Below are positions 63,811-64,000 of a DNA stretch of 64,000 nt, piece after piece (position 1 is the stretch's first letter; every line of letters starts with the position of its first letter). Source of the DNA: Mobula hypostoma. Taxonomy: Eukaryota. The notes beneath the pieces were generated by a model that saw nothing but the letters and a program-made list of their open reading frames with translations, ran no database searches and was not told where the DNA came from. A program made the translations under genes and the position numbers. The DNA is taken from positions 213,654,001 through 213,718,000 of the forward strand of contig NC_086097.1 of the NCBI RefSeq assembly GCF_963921235.1, in the 5' to 3' direction.

Positions 63811-64000
63811 ACACACCTCTGACGATGTATTAGAAGAAACCCAGTCCAGTGAGGAAGTGCAGAAGAATTCCTTTAATGGAGCATTTACATATTTTATGTG
63901 TCAAATGGGTACACATAAGTTCTGCTATTGGTATATATAAAGGAGTTGGTTTGTCAGATTTAATTCAGAATATAAAATATTGGAAATACTCAGGAGGTCA

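Overview
Repeat-dense eukaryotic (vertebrate) genomic DNA with no intact host protein-coding gene recognisable. The repeat mix points to a cartilaginous fish, probably a ray (inference): many CR1 LINEs, Rex1/Babar LINEs, Penelope-like elements (PLEs), a V-SINE/HE1-like SINE and RTE remnants. Most ORFs in the track are broken LINE RT/APE fragments or chance ORFs. The most notable signal is a set of about ten PLE-derived insertions carrying a minimal type I hammerhead ribozyme (HHR) motif. They include a 5'-truncated GIY-YIG PLE (17068-18245), ORF-less ~140-bp units whose 5' end falls at the HHR boundary, and fold-back elements. One fold-back is a young 213-bp-arm palindrome (27131-27619, 14-bp TSD) with an intact HHR core on each strand. 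Also seen: two short inverted copies of nearby sequence (about 1.1-1.2 kb from the donor) pasted into LINEs, two related solo LTRs, deep nested-insertion stacks, inverted LINE segments and weak exon candidates. Boundaries without a TSD are approximate.
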